64,000 nt of DNA from Candidatus Bathyarchaeota archaeon. Lineage in GTDB: Archaea > Thermoproteota > Bathyarchaeia > Bathyarchaeales > Bathycorpusculaceae. The notes under the pieces are model-generated. The model saw only the letters and a program-made list of their open reading frames with translations. It did no database searches and was not told the DNA's origin. The stretch covers positions 121,190 through 185,189 of the forward strand of contig CAWDYC010000009.1 in assembly GCA_963806535.1 (NCBI GenBank), given 5' to 3'. The translations under genes were made by a program, and so were the position numbers. This document shows positions 11,451-22,348 of the stretch, piece after piece. The stretch's first letter is position 1. Each line of letters starts with the position of its first letter.

Positions 11451-12422
11451 TTACACTTTACCAAGTTGATTCAAAGGCAAAAGGCAGTTTGGAATGAATG
11501 GTGATTGTTTTAGAAGTGTTGGATTTAAGAGACTGTTCTTTTTTTTCGCAAACATGGCGGCTGCTAGGACTACGATCATCGAGACAATTAGCGTTATTAT
11601 TAGTGGTTGTGCTGGATACTCTGGAACTGTAGGGTCGGTTGAAGTCGAGGTTTTAAGGGTTGGTGTTGGAGAAACGGTTGGTGTAAGAGTAGACGTTGGA
11701 GTTGAATAAGGTGGAAAAGTTGCTGTTGGAGTAGGGTCAGAGGATGTAGAGGTTGGTGTCGGGGTCGGAGTATCCGTGGTAGTTGGAGTAGGTGTAGGCG
11801 ATTGTGTTGGCGTTGGCGTTGGTGTGTCAGTGGGTGTTGGAGTTGGAGAAGTAGCTAGGGCATAAGTTGCATAAATACTAACAATGTCGCTACCTGAATA
11901 AGTTGGATTTGGAACAAAAGGATCAGGAAGATTATTGAAAGTCAAATTGTCGTTAGTCCAAGTGAAAACATGAGTAGCGTCATTATCACCGTCCCAATAG
12001 AAATTGAAATCTCCAGAAGCAAAAACACCAAGCCAATAGACTGTATTAGGAGAACCGACATAATTAAGCGTGAAATTTACCCAATCCGGGTTATTTCCTA
12101 CTAATACCTTTGTACTTGAAACCAAAAACCCAAAAGAACTGTTGTAAATGCAGACAGAAGCGTTCACTGGATCGGAAACCGCATTCATGTAAACTGACAA
12201 CTGGGTAATTGTACCTAAATCAGATGGACTTGTGTAATTACAAAGAATTATTGGCGAAACTGAACTAAAGTCTAAAGCATTATCGGAATAAGAACCGGCA
12301 ACAGAGTATCCAAAGATATTTGGTGACTGAGCCTCAAGTTTAGGGACATAAAGAGCAGAAAATGACAAACACAAAATCAAAACTAACACAGCGCAAAGAA
12401 TTCTACGCAATTCAAACACCAA
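11451..12422 (-). CDS. Secreted surface protein with Pro/Thr linker and PEF-CTERM-like sorting signal
   Basis: Signal peptide, TPTPT linker, then VPEYP + TM helix + KKK. Confidence 0.75.
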   Translation of the reverse strand: MVFELRRILCAVLVLILCLSFSALYVPKLEAQSPNIFGYSVAGSYSDNALDFSSVSPIILCNYTSPSDLGTITQLSVYMNAVSDPVNASVCIYNSSFGFLVSSTKVLVGNNPDWVNFTLNYVGSPNTVYWLGVFASGDFNFYWDGDNDATHVFTWTNDNLTFNNLPDPFVPNPTYSGSDIVSIYATYALATSPTPTPTDTPTPTPTQSPTPTPTTTDTPTPTPTSTSSDPTPTATFPPYSTPTSTLTPTVSPTPTLKTSTSTDPTVPEYPAQPLIITLIVSMIVVLAAAMFAKKKNSLLNPTLLKQSPFIPNCLLPLNQLGKV

Positions 12423-12506
12423 CCTTTATCACCTCAAACTCATCAATCGTATATGCCAAAGTCGACACAAAACATTCAGAAAGCCCAAAAAAAGTAGTAC
12501 CCATAA

Positions 12507-15500
12507 TTATGCCCCCTTTATTGCATCAACTATTATAGCCCAATTATTCGATGACCCCAGAGTGTAACTTACACCGAGATTTGTTTGAGCTGTGGTGACG
12601 GTCTTATATTCTGCTCCAACCTCTGGATCGAATGACGTGACTGACCCTATTGATGTGAAACCGGTTCCGGCTGTAAGCGATATTGAGGCGTGTCGGACTC
12701 CTACCGCACCTATAATGAAATCGGCATTGTTAGTAGAGATGGTCGCGGTTGCAGGGCTTGTACTTCCAGTATTTGTAATTGGAGTCGCTACGTCAAAAGG
12801 TGATGCTGTGTTGGCTCCGCTTACGGCGTAAGCTACAACTGATGAAGTTGAAGATCCACTAAGGTTAATAGTAATTGTTATCGCGCCAATAGATGACTCA
12901 TGGGCCCAAAATGCTTGCAAAGTTCTAGTTCCCGAAATTGCAACGTTAGCTCCTCTTTGGGCCCAAGTAAGTCCACCACCAGATATAGTTGCGGTATTGG
13001 AGGATCCGGTTGAAACTACAACGTAGAGTATGTCATTTGCTTTAGTTGTGGTAAATGAAACAGTGTACGAACTACTACCTCCAGTTGACGCTGTATTTGA
13101 TACGTCGAGTGCGGGTGGTACTGGTGCTGGATTCACGTTGAATGCATTGCTTGTAGTGGTGTGGCCACTGCCATCGTTAGCAGTGATGGTGATTCCTGAG
13201 CCAACCGTGTTAAGCGTCACTAATCCCGTCCATACGCCGCTCGACCAGCCGCTAGTGCCTGTGCTGGTAGGATTGATTGTTCCGCTGGAAACCGAAATGC
13301 CAACTGAACTTCCATAGTTTGCAACAGTGTTACCATATGCGTCCTTAGCTGTAACCGTTATGCTGAAAGCTGAACCACTAGTCTGAGGGCTACTGATAGG
13401 GTTCAAGATGAAATGGTCAAGTGTCCCATAATAGCCTAATGTTACTGTTTGAGATAAGGCCATAGTAACTGGGTTATTTGTGTAACTACTGAAGGTGCAG
13501 CCATTGTAAGGGCTCTGTGGACTGCTGACAGTTACAGTTGAAGAAGCATCGGTCCATTGAGTCCAGGGAGTTGTATGCTGTTCGTTCGTGTGCGTAGTCC
13601 CACCAATTTTGTAGGTAACTGCAAAAGTTCCACCCACTGCTCCACTGGGGCTAGATGTCACAGTAACTTGGTATTGATGTATCCACGAAGCGGTCTCGGT
13701 GATAGCAGCATTCATAGTTACTGCGTTTGTGCCTGGATTATTTGTGCCTGTGTAGCTTCCGGAGCCTGTTCCTGTCCAACCGTTCCAAACATATTGCTCA
13801 CCTATGCCTACGCCTGGAGCAGCAGCCGAGATCGTTGCTGTCGAACCAGCACTATACCATCCTGATCCAGTTGTCGATCCAAAACCGGAAGTTACATTCA
13901 TGTAATATTGTGTTGTGTAGCTACCTGTAACAGTTTGTGCAGAAATAATTCCTGTCAAAGGGGAAACTGGACTAATTGTCCCAACAACAAACTGCTTGCT
14001 CAAAGTTGTGCTTGAAATTGATGCGTTGAAATTGTAGACAAGTCTGTCACCGTTATTCACCCATGCATTGTATGGCAAACCTGAGTATGAAACGTTAGTA
14101 CCATTGACGGTCAAAACATTTCCGGAAGCTGTTGAGGCATCCAAACCAGCTTGATTGAATGTTACCATCCATTGGATTCCATAGTTGGCTGTGACTGTGG
14201 CGCTTGATGTTGGCACTGTGTAAGTATGTGTTTGGGCTCCACCATCACTCCATGATGCCCATACATATTGTTTACCATTTCCCGCAGAAACCGAGTTTGG
14301 TACTGTTAGTGTATGATTTGAACCAGCGGGCCAACTGAATGAAGAAGGAAGCGTTGTTGAGGTGTAAGGTGTTGAATCAACCGTTAGAATTGGCGAGTTA
14401 CCTGTGTCACTGCTGAGTCCACTGGTTTGAAATGAAATGGTTTCCAAAGGAGGTAAGGTAAAGATTGCCGATGCAGAATTAGAACTCATGTCAGTTGCAA
14501 CGACTGTGTAAAATCCAGGCGTGGAAGTTCCAACAGTGAATGTAATTCCTAAAGGTAGTTCTCCATAGGGAGTAACTGTGACTGTGTCAACGGTGTTCCC
14601 GTTAAATGTAATTCTTATTTGTGAGCTCGGTATAAAACCGCCACCTGAAACTGTGACCGTGGTGCCTGTTGGCCCAGATGAAGGTGAGAGCGTTATTGAA
14701 GTCGCGGCAGAAGATTGAGGGCTAACTGTTACTGAAGGCGGTTGTTCTACGACAGGCCACACGCCCAAAGTTCCGTTGTTAACGCAGATGGGATTTACGC
14801 CATTAAAGGTATCAACGGCCCCAAACCAAGTTAAATCCAGAGCTGATGTGAAGGAAACTGGGCCTGCAGAAGTAACAGGGTCAAGTTCAATGACGGGAAT
14901 AGAACTGCTTACATTAAGGGCACCAGTAACTTTGTTTGCCAGTGCATCAAAAGCATAAAGCTGTTGATTCGCACTATCTGAGAACATTATCCCCGTTCCT
15001 TGCAATGCATTATTAATTAGTTGGCTCCAATGATTGGCATTTCCAGTGTTGTAGAAAATTCCTGTTCCATTTGTAACTTTAGGAACTCCATTTATTAGAG
15101 TTCCGTTCTCAGTCATGGCTTGTACTGGGCTTATCGAAGTTGTCAATTGAATTGGGCTGATATCTTTGATGTTTCTCGCCACCATTGCTGAGTTTATGAA
15201 CATTAATCTAAGTTGGTAAGTGTAAAATGTCGCGTTGGCGGGAAGCGTAAATACTATTTGAGAGTAAACATTCGGGTAGTTGGTAGTTCCGGAACAGTTC
15301 CATTCTGCTTCTTCTTGTACAATATCTCGCACTACCCCATGATCTATTATGTATGCAGGCGAACCAGATCCATACTGGCTAGCGTTCCCATCAATACGCA
15401 TGAAATTTGCACTGCTACTCACATTCCCTACTGTCGATTTTATTTGGAGGAGATAGTATGGATAACTTGCTTGAAAGATATTGTTTTTTGGATAACTGAT

Positions 15501-16655
15501 TTGCAGGGTCATGTTTCCGTTTGAAAGAGTTCCAGTTCCAGCTAGGGGGTTGTCACCAGTGAAATAGGTATCCGTGTAGGCTGCAGATGGCTGAATTGCA
15601 GTGTCACTGCCGTTCCACCATAAAGTTAATTGCGAAATTGAAGGGGTTACCTCAAAAACTATCATTTGGCTATTGCTAAAGATCGTGTAATTGCTACTCA
15701 TGCTTAACGGAATCTGATACTGCGATGCCCAATCTTCTACTTGAAATGGAAGATCTGAAGTGTATCCAGTTTGACATAAATGCAGAGAAGATATTGAAAT
15801 AGGAGGAATTGGTCTCGTCTGAGTTGTATTCAATAGACCTTGTCCGAACCATCGCATGGTTCCGTTCTGCAATAATTCAACAACCACTGGAGCAGGGGCG
15901 GTTTGCGCTGAAAAAGTAAAGTTCATGTTGTAGCTGTTAAATGAAGATGCTTCAACCATTATTCCACGTGAATCCGTCACTTGAACCATATATGCCGAGG
16001 AATCTATTCCAGAAGGAACGTTTATTAGATAAGTTCCGTTGGTCGAAATTGTTGGAGCCACGCTTGGACTTATAAGCTGCCAATTTGCAGTCGAATAATT
16101 GTAAAAATAAAAGTTGAAATTTTGTTGTCCCAAACTGGTTAAGGGTTCGGTTAAGTCTTGGGTTACGTTTAGGCGTACTTGATTGCCGTTTGGCGAATTA
16201 AGAATTTGAACACCTAAACTGCAAGACGTAGTATAGTTTATACCGTAAATGCCAAGGGCTGCTAGGTCATAAACGACTGAGAGTTTGCCTGTGCTTATGC
16301 TAGGATTTGAAAACCAATTGTTGCTAAGGCTCAGGCTCGTCATTTTTATCGTCTCTCCCAATGAGGGGTTCATGGTAGCGATGTATTGCAAAGCGCTATT
16401 CATGTAAGTCGTTGCGTTAGCGTAAGCGTAGGTTTGGTTACCTGTTACTTGAAGAATTGAGCCGTAATACCCTACGGTAAAGCCTAAGGCTTTTAGAAGC
16501 GCCCCGTTTGTCTGATCAGTTGCTGTTAATGTTTGAGGTGCTAGACTTTGGCTTGAACCATAACGGGCGGTTGCATAGACTGCTATTAATGTTCCTGCAA
16601 GAATTACAGCCACAAGTAAAGCTGCAATGATAGAGAATGCTCCTCTATTGTTCAT
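12507..16655 (-). CDS. Large pilin-like adhesin (~1380 aa) with class III signal peptide and Ig/IPT-like domains
   Basis: Likely start MNNRG/AFSIIAALLVAVIL at 16655. Ser/Thr/Gly-rich beta domains (LSPSSGPTGTTVTVSG, GSGWYSAGSTATISA). Many N-x-S/T sequons. Confidence 0.8.
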   Translation of the reverse strand: MNNRGAFSIIAALLVAVILAGTLIAVYATARYGSSQSLAPQTLTATDQTNGALLKALGFTVGYYGSILQVTGNQTYAYANATTYMNSALQYIATMNPSLGETIKMTSLSLSNNWFSNPSISTGKLSVVYDLAALGIYGINYTTSCSLGVQILNSPNGNQVRLNVTQDLTEPLTSLGQQNFNFYFYNYSTANWQLISPSVAPTISTNGTYLINVPSGIDSSAYMVQVTDSRGIMVEASSFNSYNMNFTFSAQTAPAPVVVELLQNGTMRWFGQGLLNTTQTRPIPPISISSLHLCQTGYTSDLPFQVEDWASQYQIPLSMSSNYTIFSNSQMIVFEVTPSISQLTLWWNGSDTAIQPSAAYTDTYFTGDNPLAGTGTLSNGNMTLQISYPKNNIFQASYPYYLLQIKSTVGNVSSSANFMRIDGNASQYGSGSPAYIIDHGVVRDIVQEEAEWNCSGTTNYPNVYSQIVFTLPANATFYTYQLRLMFINSAMVARNIKDISPIQLTTSISPVQAMTENGTLINGVPKVTNGTGIFYNTGNANHWSQLINNALQGTGIMFSDSANQQLYAFDALANKVTGALNVSSSIPVIELDPVTSAGPVSFTSALDLTWFGAVDTFNGVNPICVNNGTLGVWPVVEQPPSVTVSPQSSAATSITLSPSSGPTGTTVTVSGGGFIPSSQIRITFNGNTVDTVTVTPYGELPLGITFTVGTSTPGFYTVVATDMSSNSASAIFTLPPLETISFQTSGLSSDTGNSPILTVDSTPYTSTTLPSSFSWPAGSNHTLTVPNSVSAGNGKQYVWASWSDGGAQTHTYTVPTSSATVTANYGIQWMVTFNQAGLDASTASGNVLTVNGTNVSYSGLPYNAWVNNGDRLVYNFNASISSTTLSKQFVVGTISPVSPLTGIISAQTVTGSYTTQYYMNVTSGFGSTTGSGWYSAGSTATISAAAPGVGIGEQYVWNGWTGTGSGSYTGTNNPGTNAVTMNAAITETASWIHQYQVTVTSSPSGAVGGTFAVTYKIGGTTHTNEQHTTPWTQWTDASSTVTVSSPQSPYNGCTFSSYTNNPVTMALSQTVTLGYYGTLDHFILNPISSPQTSGSAFSITVTAKDAYGNTVANYGSSVGISVSSGTINPTSTGTSGWSSGVWTGLVTLNTVGSGITITANDGSGHTTTSNAFNVNPAPVPPALDVSNTASTGGSSSYTVSFTTTKANDILYVVVSTGSSNTATISGGGLTWAQRGANVAISGTRTLQAFWAHESSIGAITITINLSGSSTSSVVAYAVSGANTASPFDVATPITNTGSTSPATATISTNNADFIIGAVGVRHASISLTAGTGFTSIGSVTSFDPEVGAEYKTVTTAQTNLGVSYTLGSSNNWAIIVDAIKGA

Positions 16656-16656
16656 T

Positions 16657-18009
16657 TTAGCCGCCTCCAACTGTCCCCAACTGCAATACCACAAGTCGGT
16701 TGGTTCCGCCGGCTGAATAAAGAGAACTATACTTAGCTGGTTGATAATCACACAAGATCCCTAATGCTGCCAGTCTAATGTCTGGGATTCTAGTCATTCC
16801 CAGCGCAAAAAATCCACCTTGATAATTAGTTACTCCGTTTATGGTCCAATGATGTCTATATACTGTACCTGGATTACACAGGGTACCCGTAGTACTCGTG
16901 GGGTTAAACAAGTTGGTGCTGGCCGTTAAATTATACTGATTTCTTATTGAGTCAGGCAACGCACGTGTAGCGGTTTGGTAAGTTGAGGGATAAAGTCCAT
17001 AATAATTACTCATGCTTTGGGCAGTGTTGGTCAAAGTCACAGGACCTGGAGCTTGTGTGGACGAGCCTGCATAGTTGTAGTTTTGGTTGTCCAATCCTTC
17101 AAGAAAGGCAGTCAGACCTTGCGTAGTAACAGCGTTCATTCCATAAATGCCCCAGCTATTTTGAGTTGCACTAAGAAAACCCGTGTTTGTAACATAATAG
17201 AAGGGCCAACCGACTATGCTGACCCAAGTCCAATTGTATAATTGGGTAACTTTGCCCAAGGTGTAATCGTATTTGGCATAAGAACTTTGAACAGGGTCCC
17301 AACCTAAAGTGGAATTAAGCCCGGAACTGCTAAAATTTTGGGGTATTGGTACAGCTTCACCACAAGTATTGATAATGACTGAATTGTTTACGGCTTCTCC
17401 TTGTAGAGAATGACCATTTATTAGTTGATTTAGTTGACTTGTGTTTTGAACCATTACGGTAGTGCTAAAGTAAGGTGCTAAAAGGCTGTATACTGTTTGA
17501 GCGAGACCGGAAGGCGTGTAACCTGTAATCCACCAGCCGGCAGTGTCGCTACAGTTCAAAATGTAAAGAGTTATTGGAGCTCCATTTGAGGTAATATTTT
17601 GGGGTGTGAATCTATATGAGACATCTGATGAGGCTACTAGATATGAGGATGCATCAGAACCTACTCCGAGATTGGCTGCATTAGAAAATGAAGCAACGCT
17701 TGAATATAGAGGAGCTGCATTTGAAGCAGTATTTACGTTATAGACTGTGAGATTATAAACTACGTTCGCTGGCAATGCTGCCGAAAGTGCAACTTGAAGG
17801 TTACCCCATTTTGTAATGTTATTTGTTTGGAATGCTGCTGAGCTCAAATCGTAACGGGAGTCAAGTTCTTGCAGAGTAGTAAACGCAACCCTGTCCATTG
17901 CCACAGGAGATACTTTGCTTGGGGATGGAAGTGTAATGATACTTGAAGCTGCCACATATGCTACACCCAGAAATATTATGACTAGAAGAACTTCAACTGT
18001 TCGCATCAT
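16657..18009 (-). CDS. Minor pilin-like protein
   Basis: N-terminal MMRTVEVLLVIIFLG pilin-like helix, within the pilus operon. Confidence 0.7.
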   Translation of the reverse strand: MMRTVEVLLVIIFLGVAYVAASSIITLPSPSKVSPVAMDRVAFTTLQELDSRYDLSSAAFQTNNITKWGNLQVALSAALPANVVYNLTVYNVNTASNAAPLYSSVASFSNAANLGVGSDASSYLVASSDVSYRFTPQNITSNGAPITLYILNCSDTAGWWITGYTPSGLAQTVYSLLAPYFSTTVMVQNTSQLNQLINGHSLQGEAVNNSVIINTCGEAVPIPQNFSSSGLNSTLGWDPVQSSYAKYDYTLGKVTQLYNWTWVSIVGWPFYYVTNTGFLSATQNSWGIYGMNAVTTQGLTAFLEGLDNQNYNYAGSSTQAPGPVTLTNTAQSMSNYYGLYPSTYQTATRALPDSIRNQYNLTASTNLFNPTSTTGTLCNPGTVYRHHWTINGVTNYQGGFFALGMTRIPDIRLAALGILCDYQPAKYSSLYSAGGTNRLVVLQLGTVGGG

Positions 18010-18010
18010 A

Positions 18011-19222
18011 CTAGCCTACCACCTGATAACTTTTTATACTCCAAAGGGAAAGCTGTGCCTGATAAGAAACTCCATTAATTTGCACTTGACGTAAGTCTGT
18101 AGCAACCCACCCTTGATTGATTGGAGTTCCTCCGAATTTCATCGAAAAACCTAATGAACTGAATCCCCACGGCATCAATACGACGCCATGATTACCATTG
18201 TTGCTGTAGGCGATTGCTAGAATGCCCGGGGTGTAAGAGCCCATTGAAATGGTAACAGGCTCGTTGCCGGTACCCGAAGTAACGGATCCACTTGAATTTG
18301 AACTTCCAATTGATGTTTGTTGAAGAGCATAGTTTTGGCTTTCCATAATAAAGCTGGAATTGTAATACAAAGCATTTGAATTAGTTGAATTATTGGGGAT
18401 GTCATCGCTATGTGCTAAAGTTACATTTTGAGTTGAAAGTGGATTAAGAAAAGGCACAATTATTTGGTTTCCCAAAGAAGAATGTTCGTAGTAGCCTATG
18501 CCTGTGATTCCATCAAGATAAGCATAAGCAACAAATGCGTACGTCAGGTTTGGGTTCAAAGAAAAATTCGGAAAGGTAACCGAAGTAGAACCAGACATGT
18601 CTGTTATATTGCTACCCATTTGATTGGAAATAGTTTGGAAATTGGGGTAACTTGCGTCAACAGAAACTGGAATTAGGAGGTAGTTTACTGTTGCGTTTGC
18701 AAGAGGGAAACCGGTTCCGGTGACATTCAACGATAATTTTAAGGGACTAGTTGAAATCTCAGCAATCGAAATGTTCACTGTTGGGGTTAACGAGAGTTGA
18801 AATCCGTAAGTACCGTTAATGCCCAGCAATGTTGATGCTGTGGAATAATTAATCATATCGCTATAAGGATAGAGCAAATAGTTATTGGCACTAGTTGTTA
18901 TTGAGCTGTAAGTTAGATTTGTTTTTTGGTAACTTATTGGCGTTCCTGAAGCTGAATTTAAACGCATCAGAGAAAAGGAGCTGAGCTGATACTGAGCCAA
19001 CGAGGGATCTTGTAAACCAAACGCTATTGGAGTGCCACTTACTGGGATACTGGGATTCAAAAGAATTGCGTCTAAGAGGTCACTGCACACTTTTGCGGTA
19101 GTTGTATTTCGCTGAGAATCTATCCCAACTGAAATAGTTTGGTTAAAGAGACCAACGAAGAGCAGAATCGCTGCCAATAGCACAACAACTGAAATTAGAT
19201 GATCTATAGATACACCTGACAT
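18011..19222 (-). CDS. Minor pilin-like protein
   Basis: MSG/VSIDHLISVVVLLAAILLF pilin-like N-terminus and operon context. Confidence 0.7.
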   Translation of the reverse strand: MSGVSIDHLISVVVLLAAILLFVGLFNQTISVGIDSQRNTTTAKVCSDLLDAILLNPSIPVSGTPIAFGLQDPSLAQYQLSSFSLMRLNSASGTPISYQKTNLTYSSITTSANNYLLYPYSDMINYSTASTLLGINGTYGFQLSLTPTVNISIAEISTSPLKLSLNVTGTGFPLANATVNYLLIPVSVDASYPNFQTISNQMGSNITDMSGSTSVTFPNFSLNPNLTYAFVAYAYLDGITGIGYYEHSSLGNQIIVPFLNPLSTQNVTLAHSDDIPNNSTNSNALYYNSSFIMESQNYALQQTSIGSSNSSGSVTSGTGNEPVTISMGSYTPGILAIAYSNNGNHGVVLMPWGFSSLGFSMKFGGTPINQGWVATDLRQVQINGVSYQAQLSLWSIKSYQVVG

Positions 19223-19233
19223 TTTTTTTCCTC

Positions 19234-19710
19234 CTACGTCCTAAAAGATAGCCAAATAGTGTTATTGCTATCTTTGTAGGCGTTGATGCAAGCACTAATT
19301 GAGTTACTCATAAAAGAGGAATTTGACCACTGAACGTTTTGTCCAAGAATGACTGGTGAAGTAGTTGAAATTGAAGTTCCCTGTAACTTGAGAGTTAATT
19401 CCAAAACTTTACCAGAGCCCGAACCAGCAACAGAGATCAATGTTGCATTTCCAATGTAAGCATGATTTGTTATGTAATGAGTGGTGCCGAGATTGTTTGT
19501 TACTGTTCCAGATGAAACGGATGGATTGTTCAAGAAGAAATAAAGCTGCTGTATTGAACTGCTTATATGACTACTTGCGTCTTGAAGAGCAAGGGTCTCG
19601 CTGGAATTTGACCAATAATTCATGAATATGCCAGCTGCGTAAGGTAGCAAAAATATTTGTAAGATTAGCATTGGAAGCAAAATCACGTATTCGATCGTTA
19701 TATGTGCCAT
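19234..19710 (-). CDS. Pilin-like protein
   Basis: MA/HITIEYVILLPMLIL resembles the Q-x-(S/T)-x-E-Y class III pilin pattern. Confidence 0.7.
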   Translation of the reverse strand: MAHITIEYVILLPMLILQIFLLPYAAGIFMNYWSNSSETLALQDASSHISSSIQQLYFFLNNPSVSSGTVTNNLGTTHYITNHAYIGNATLISVAGSGSGKVLELTLKLQGTSISTTSPVILGQNVQWSNSSFMSNSISACINAYKDSNNTIWLSFRT

Positions 19711-19729
19711 ATGTCACACCTTATCATCA

Positions 19730-20599
19730 TTAAGCCGCCATTCCTATTGAGACGCTTACTGTGCCGATGTAAAGTTCAACAAAAGAATTATTGGGTATAC
19801 TTACAGTTTCCGAGGTGTGGTCAAAGTTAAAGAATGAAGTATCAAAGCCGGGTGGATTGGAAGGAGCTGCTAAGGCAGTGGCATTAATCCGAACCTGGCT
19901 AATTGTGACACTAGGTGCTAATCTAGTCAAACTACTACCTGTTAGCGTCACAGATTGTGAAAGATGTGGATTTGGGCCACCAATAAGAGTAGGCATATAG
20001 AATTTGTAGTAGCTTCCTCCTGTGACTAGTGTTGAATTAAGAGCTCTAATTGTTGGGACCGCAATTATTCGTACATAACTTCCATCGTTCAAAGGTAGTT
20101 TTTCTGTTGCGAATACTTGGGCTATCGGCGCAGAAGCGTTCCATTGCAAAATTGACCCGTTATATTCAGGTGTTATTCTACTGAAGTAGTTATTGCCCAC
20201 GTTGTAAGAGGATACGGGGATTTTGTACATTACCATTCCTGTCGTTGAATTATAAAGGGTTTGCCAAGAGCCACCACTGTAGACTTCGAAGGTATAGTTA
20301 ATAACGTTGGGAAAGAACTTAACCAGACCGTATTTAGCTGTGAAATCAACTGTTTCTGTTCTTCCAATTGTCCAGGCAACATTATCTGCCTGCAAACCAA
20401 CTGTTTGCATAAACTGCTTGCTCGTACTAAACTCATCGCCAGCGATCTGAAGGTTTAGTGTGTTATTTGCATAGTTCATAGCCACAAATATCAATACCAC
20501 AAGTGCAGCCGTCATAATTACAGTGGAGATTGCTGGACTGACCGCTCTGCTATTATTCCGCAATGACTTTTTATGAGGGTGGTATTGGATGAATTTCAT
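19730..20599 (-). CDS. Archaeal type IV pilin-like protein (class III signal peptide)
   Basis: Basic leader then RA/VSPAISTVIMTAALVVLIF, a canonical archaeal pilin cleavage site. Confidence 0.85.
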   Translation of the reverse strand: MKFIQYHPHKKSLRNNSRAVSPAISTVIMTAALVVLIFVAMNYANNTLNLQIAGDEFSTSKQFMQTVGLQADNVAWTIGRTETVDFTAKYGLVKFFPNVINYTFEVYSGGSWQTLYNSTTGMVMYKIPVSSYNVGNNYFSRITPEYNGSILQWNASAPIAQVFATEKLPLNDGSYVRIIAVPTIRALNSTLVTGGSYYKFYMPTLIGGPNPHLSQSVTLTGSSLTRLAPSVTISQVRINATALAAPSNPPGFDTSFFNFDHTSETVSIPNNSFVELYIGTVSVSIGMAA

Positions 20600-20611
20600 T
20601 TCCTTTCGCTC

Positions 20612-22348
20612 CTAACCAAGTTTTACGAACATAGGAATTATTTTTGCCGCTAACACTGAAATCACGACGAGTATTGCTGCGTGTTTGAATCCGGCTGCGA
20701 CAGATTCTTCGCTTATTTTTCCAGCGACGATTCCAATGAGGTAACTGTTGAAAATGACTGCAGTCATGAATATCGTTTGCATCAAGCCTTTTCCGGCCGC
20801 TGCAGTCGTTGATACTCCTGATGTTGTTGCACCAAATCCGGTTGTGAAACTCATCATCATGATGGTTGTTGCAACAAGAAGGATTGAGGCTAAGTAAGGC
20901 ATCATAACGTAGGGGCGAACCGACATTTTCTTTTCTTTTTCCACTTCCTGCGTTAAATTGTTAAAGCGGGCTAAAGATTCAATCATTGCAATCGTGCCGC
21001 CTCCCACATCTATTGTCTCAACCAACAGAAACATCACAATTTGCACCATCCAGCTACGGGTGCGATGGAGAAAATCCATCATTACTTTTTTTATTGGAAT
21101 ACCCCAAGAAATCTCTGAGCTGATTTTGCGTAATTCTTTGCTGAATGTGCCGTAGTCTCGCGTTGATAGGCTTTCGATGCATTTTTCAGGAGATAAGCCA
21201 GTTTTTCGAACTTCAGTGAGGTCTCTTAAGAAACTTGTGACCCCTTGTTCCATGCTTGCTTTGTGTTTAGCCAATCTTATGTGTACAATAGCTGCTGGCG
21301 CCGTAGTGATAAACAGGGCAACAGCGATGGCTATGGGTAAATCAACACCTAAAGCCTGCAACGAAGTGAAAAATGGAAGTTGAGTTGCACCCATGAAGTT
21401 TGTTAGCAGCAAGAATACGATAATACCTATTACGCTGCAGACGCCGAATACTTTGTAGGGACGCATTTCCGTCATAGGCGTTTTTGGTTGCATACTGTGA
21501 GCAAGATAGACAAATACGAATGAAAGCAAGGGCGTAAACAAATAAGTGTACATTAGTATGCCTGAATACGAGGAAAGGTCAGAGGTAGCAGTAGAAGTCG
21601 CTCCAGTCTGTATTTGCTGAACAGCGAAAAGTATGTAGAAACAAAGAGACATCATAACCATTACGATGATGAAGGTTTCAAGCAGCATTCCAAGACGTTC
21701 AGCAGCAGCTTTGACTCGAAGAGCTCGAGTTTTGAATATGTCTTCTGCTTTGCGTTCAAGAAAGTGACCTATGTCTCCGCCTATGATAACGGTTGAAGCA
21801 TATCCACCTAAGAAGTCTTTGAATATGTCGAGCGGAGTCTTTTTTGCAGCTACTTCAAGAGCTGAAAGCGGGTCAACACCAAAAACCTCGACTTCCTTCA
21901 TTATATCTCTAGCTTCTTTACGCATGGCTGGCATTAGGTCTACTTCTGATAGACGTTTAAAACTGGTATAGGGAGCAATGCCTCCAGACGCCATGACGCT
22001 GATGTAGGCCGCTGCAAAAGGCATTTCGCGCTCTAATCCTGTTGCTCTATCACCGGCTTTATTCATGGGCACAACGTAGAAACCAACAATAACAAATAGT
22101 GGAAGTGGAACCAAGGCAAGTAGCGGCAAAAAATTAAAGATTAAGGCTAAAGTTAACCCCAATACAGACACAGGAATAGTTAGGAGTGCAATAAAGAACA
22201 TCATCGAAATGTAAGTTGCAGGGTAAATTTTTACGCGTCCCTTTTCCAAATTTCCCTTAGTGGTTGGGAAAACTTTTTTAAGAAAGAACGGAGCTGCGCG
22301 TCCGAAGAGGCGAAAAGACAGGGCTTCAAATTTCTCTAGAAGCGGCAA
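20612..22348 (-). CDS. Type II/IV secretion membrane platform protein (TadC/FlaJ, two T2SSF domains)
   Basis: Multi-TM 578 aa with duplicated T2SSF repeats (EREMPFAAAYISVMASGG; FLRDLTEVRKTGLS). Follows the ATPase. Confidence 0.9.
   Translation of the reverse strand: MPLLEKFEALSFRLFGRAAPFFLKKVFPTTKGNLEKGRVKIYPATYISMMFFIALLTIPVSVLGLTLALIFNFLPLLALVPLPLFVIVGFYVVPMNKAGDRATGLEREMPFAAAYISVMASGGIAPYTSFKRLSEVDLMPAMRKEARDIMKEVEVFGVDPLSALEVAAKKTPLDIFKDFLGGYASTVIIGGDIGHFLERKAEDIFKTRALRVKAAAERLGMLLETFIIVMVMMSLCFYILFAVQQIQTGATSTATSDLSSYSGILMYTYLFTPLLSFVFVYLAHSMQPKTPMTEMRPYKVFGVCSVIGIIVFLLLTNFMGATQLPFFTSLQALGVDLPIAIAVALFITTAPAAIVHIRLAKHKASMEQGVTSFLRDLTEVRKTGLSPEKCIESLSTRDYGTFSKELRKISSEISWGIPIKKVMMDFLHRTRSWMVQIVMFLLVETIDVGGGTIAMIESLARFNNLTQEVEKEKKMSVRPYVMMPYLASILLVATTIMMMSFTTGFGATTSGVSTTAAAGKGLMQTIFMTAVIFNSYLIGIVAGKISEESVAAGFKHAAILVVISVLAAKIIPMFVKLG

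Noticed and set aside
11640-11850. Repetitive GGTGT/GGAGT tract (also 52050-52220)
   Set aside because: It encodes Pro/Thr-rich linkers of surface proteins.
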